Of a DNA stretch of 64,000 bases, positions 63,832 to 64,000 are shown piece after piece (the first letter of the stretch is position 1; every line of letters starts with the position of its first letter). Origin of the DNA: Sphyrna mokarran (taxonomy: Eukaryota); assembly GCA_024679065.1 (NCBI GenBank), contig JAGIQG010000004.1, positions 54,436,001 through 54,500,000 of the forward strand. Reading direction: 5' to 3'. The notes under the pieces were generated by a model, which was given only the letters and a program-made list of their open reading frames with translations, was not told where the DNA came from and searched no databases. The position numbers and the translations under genes were made by a program.

Positions 63832-64000
63832 CTGATTTGCTGTAATTGACTATAACTGCTGAGATGTTTCTTTGTGAAGTCAGAACTGCCCTGGCCATTC
63901 CATGTTGGATAGAGGGATTTATCCTTGTGCACAAGTAATTAAAGACCTTGCATTTGGTGCATGTGTCCAGCGCTGTTTGTGTTAAGAGCCAATTGAGAAC
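63832..64000 (+). repeat. Direct repeat copy 2 (homolog of 1..169)
   Basis: Same alignment, offset 63831 nt. Confidence 0.9.

Overview
Repeat-dense vertebrate genomic DNA, inferred to be from a cartilaginous fish (shark) from its CR1, V-SINE, Deu-SINE and Penelope-like repeats. The main non-repeat content is a minus-strand tandem cluster of non-rearranging Ig-superfamily receptors. Gene A appears intact: 6 coding exons at 39869->23761, 314 aa, with leader, a germline-joined VJ-type domain with very short Cys-Cys spacing, a C1-set domain, an uncharged TM and a tail with two ITIMs (LTYATL, VEYAEV), i.e. SIRP-alpha-like. Paralog B (13927->7343) is only a 3' half with TM and cytoplasmic exons; no leader, V or C1 exon was found for it. 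Paralog C (57356->55604) is a decayed V-C1-TM pseudogene. Between A and B lies an intron-containing pseudogene fragment of the last two NUDT21 exons. Other observations: two tandem tyrosine-motif terminal exons decayed in opposite directions in A and B; a CR1 family (3 copies) with a V-SINE core in its 3' UTR; Penelope-like termini with minimal hammerhead motifs; and a 169-bp direct repeat at the two window ends. All calls come from manual reading, with no database searches.
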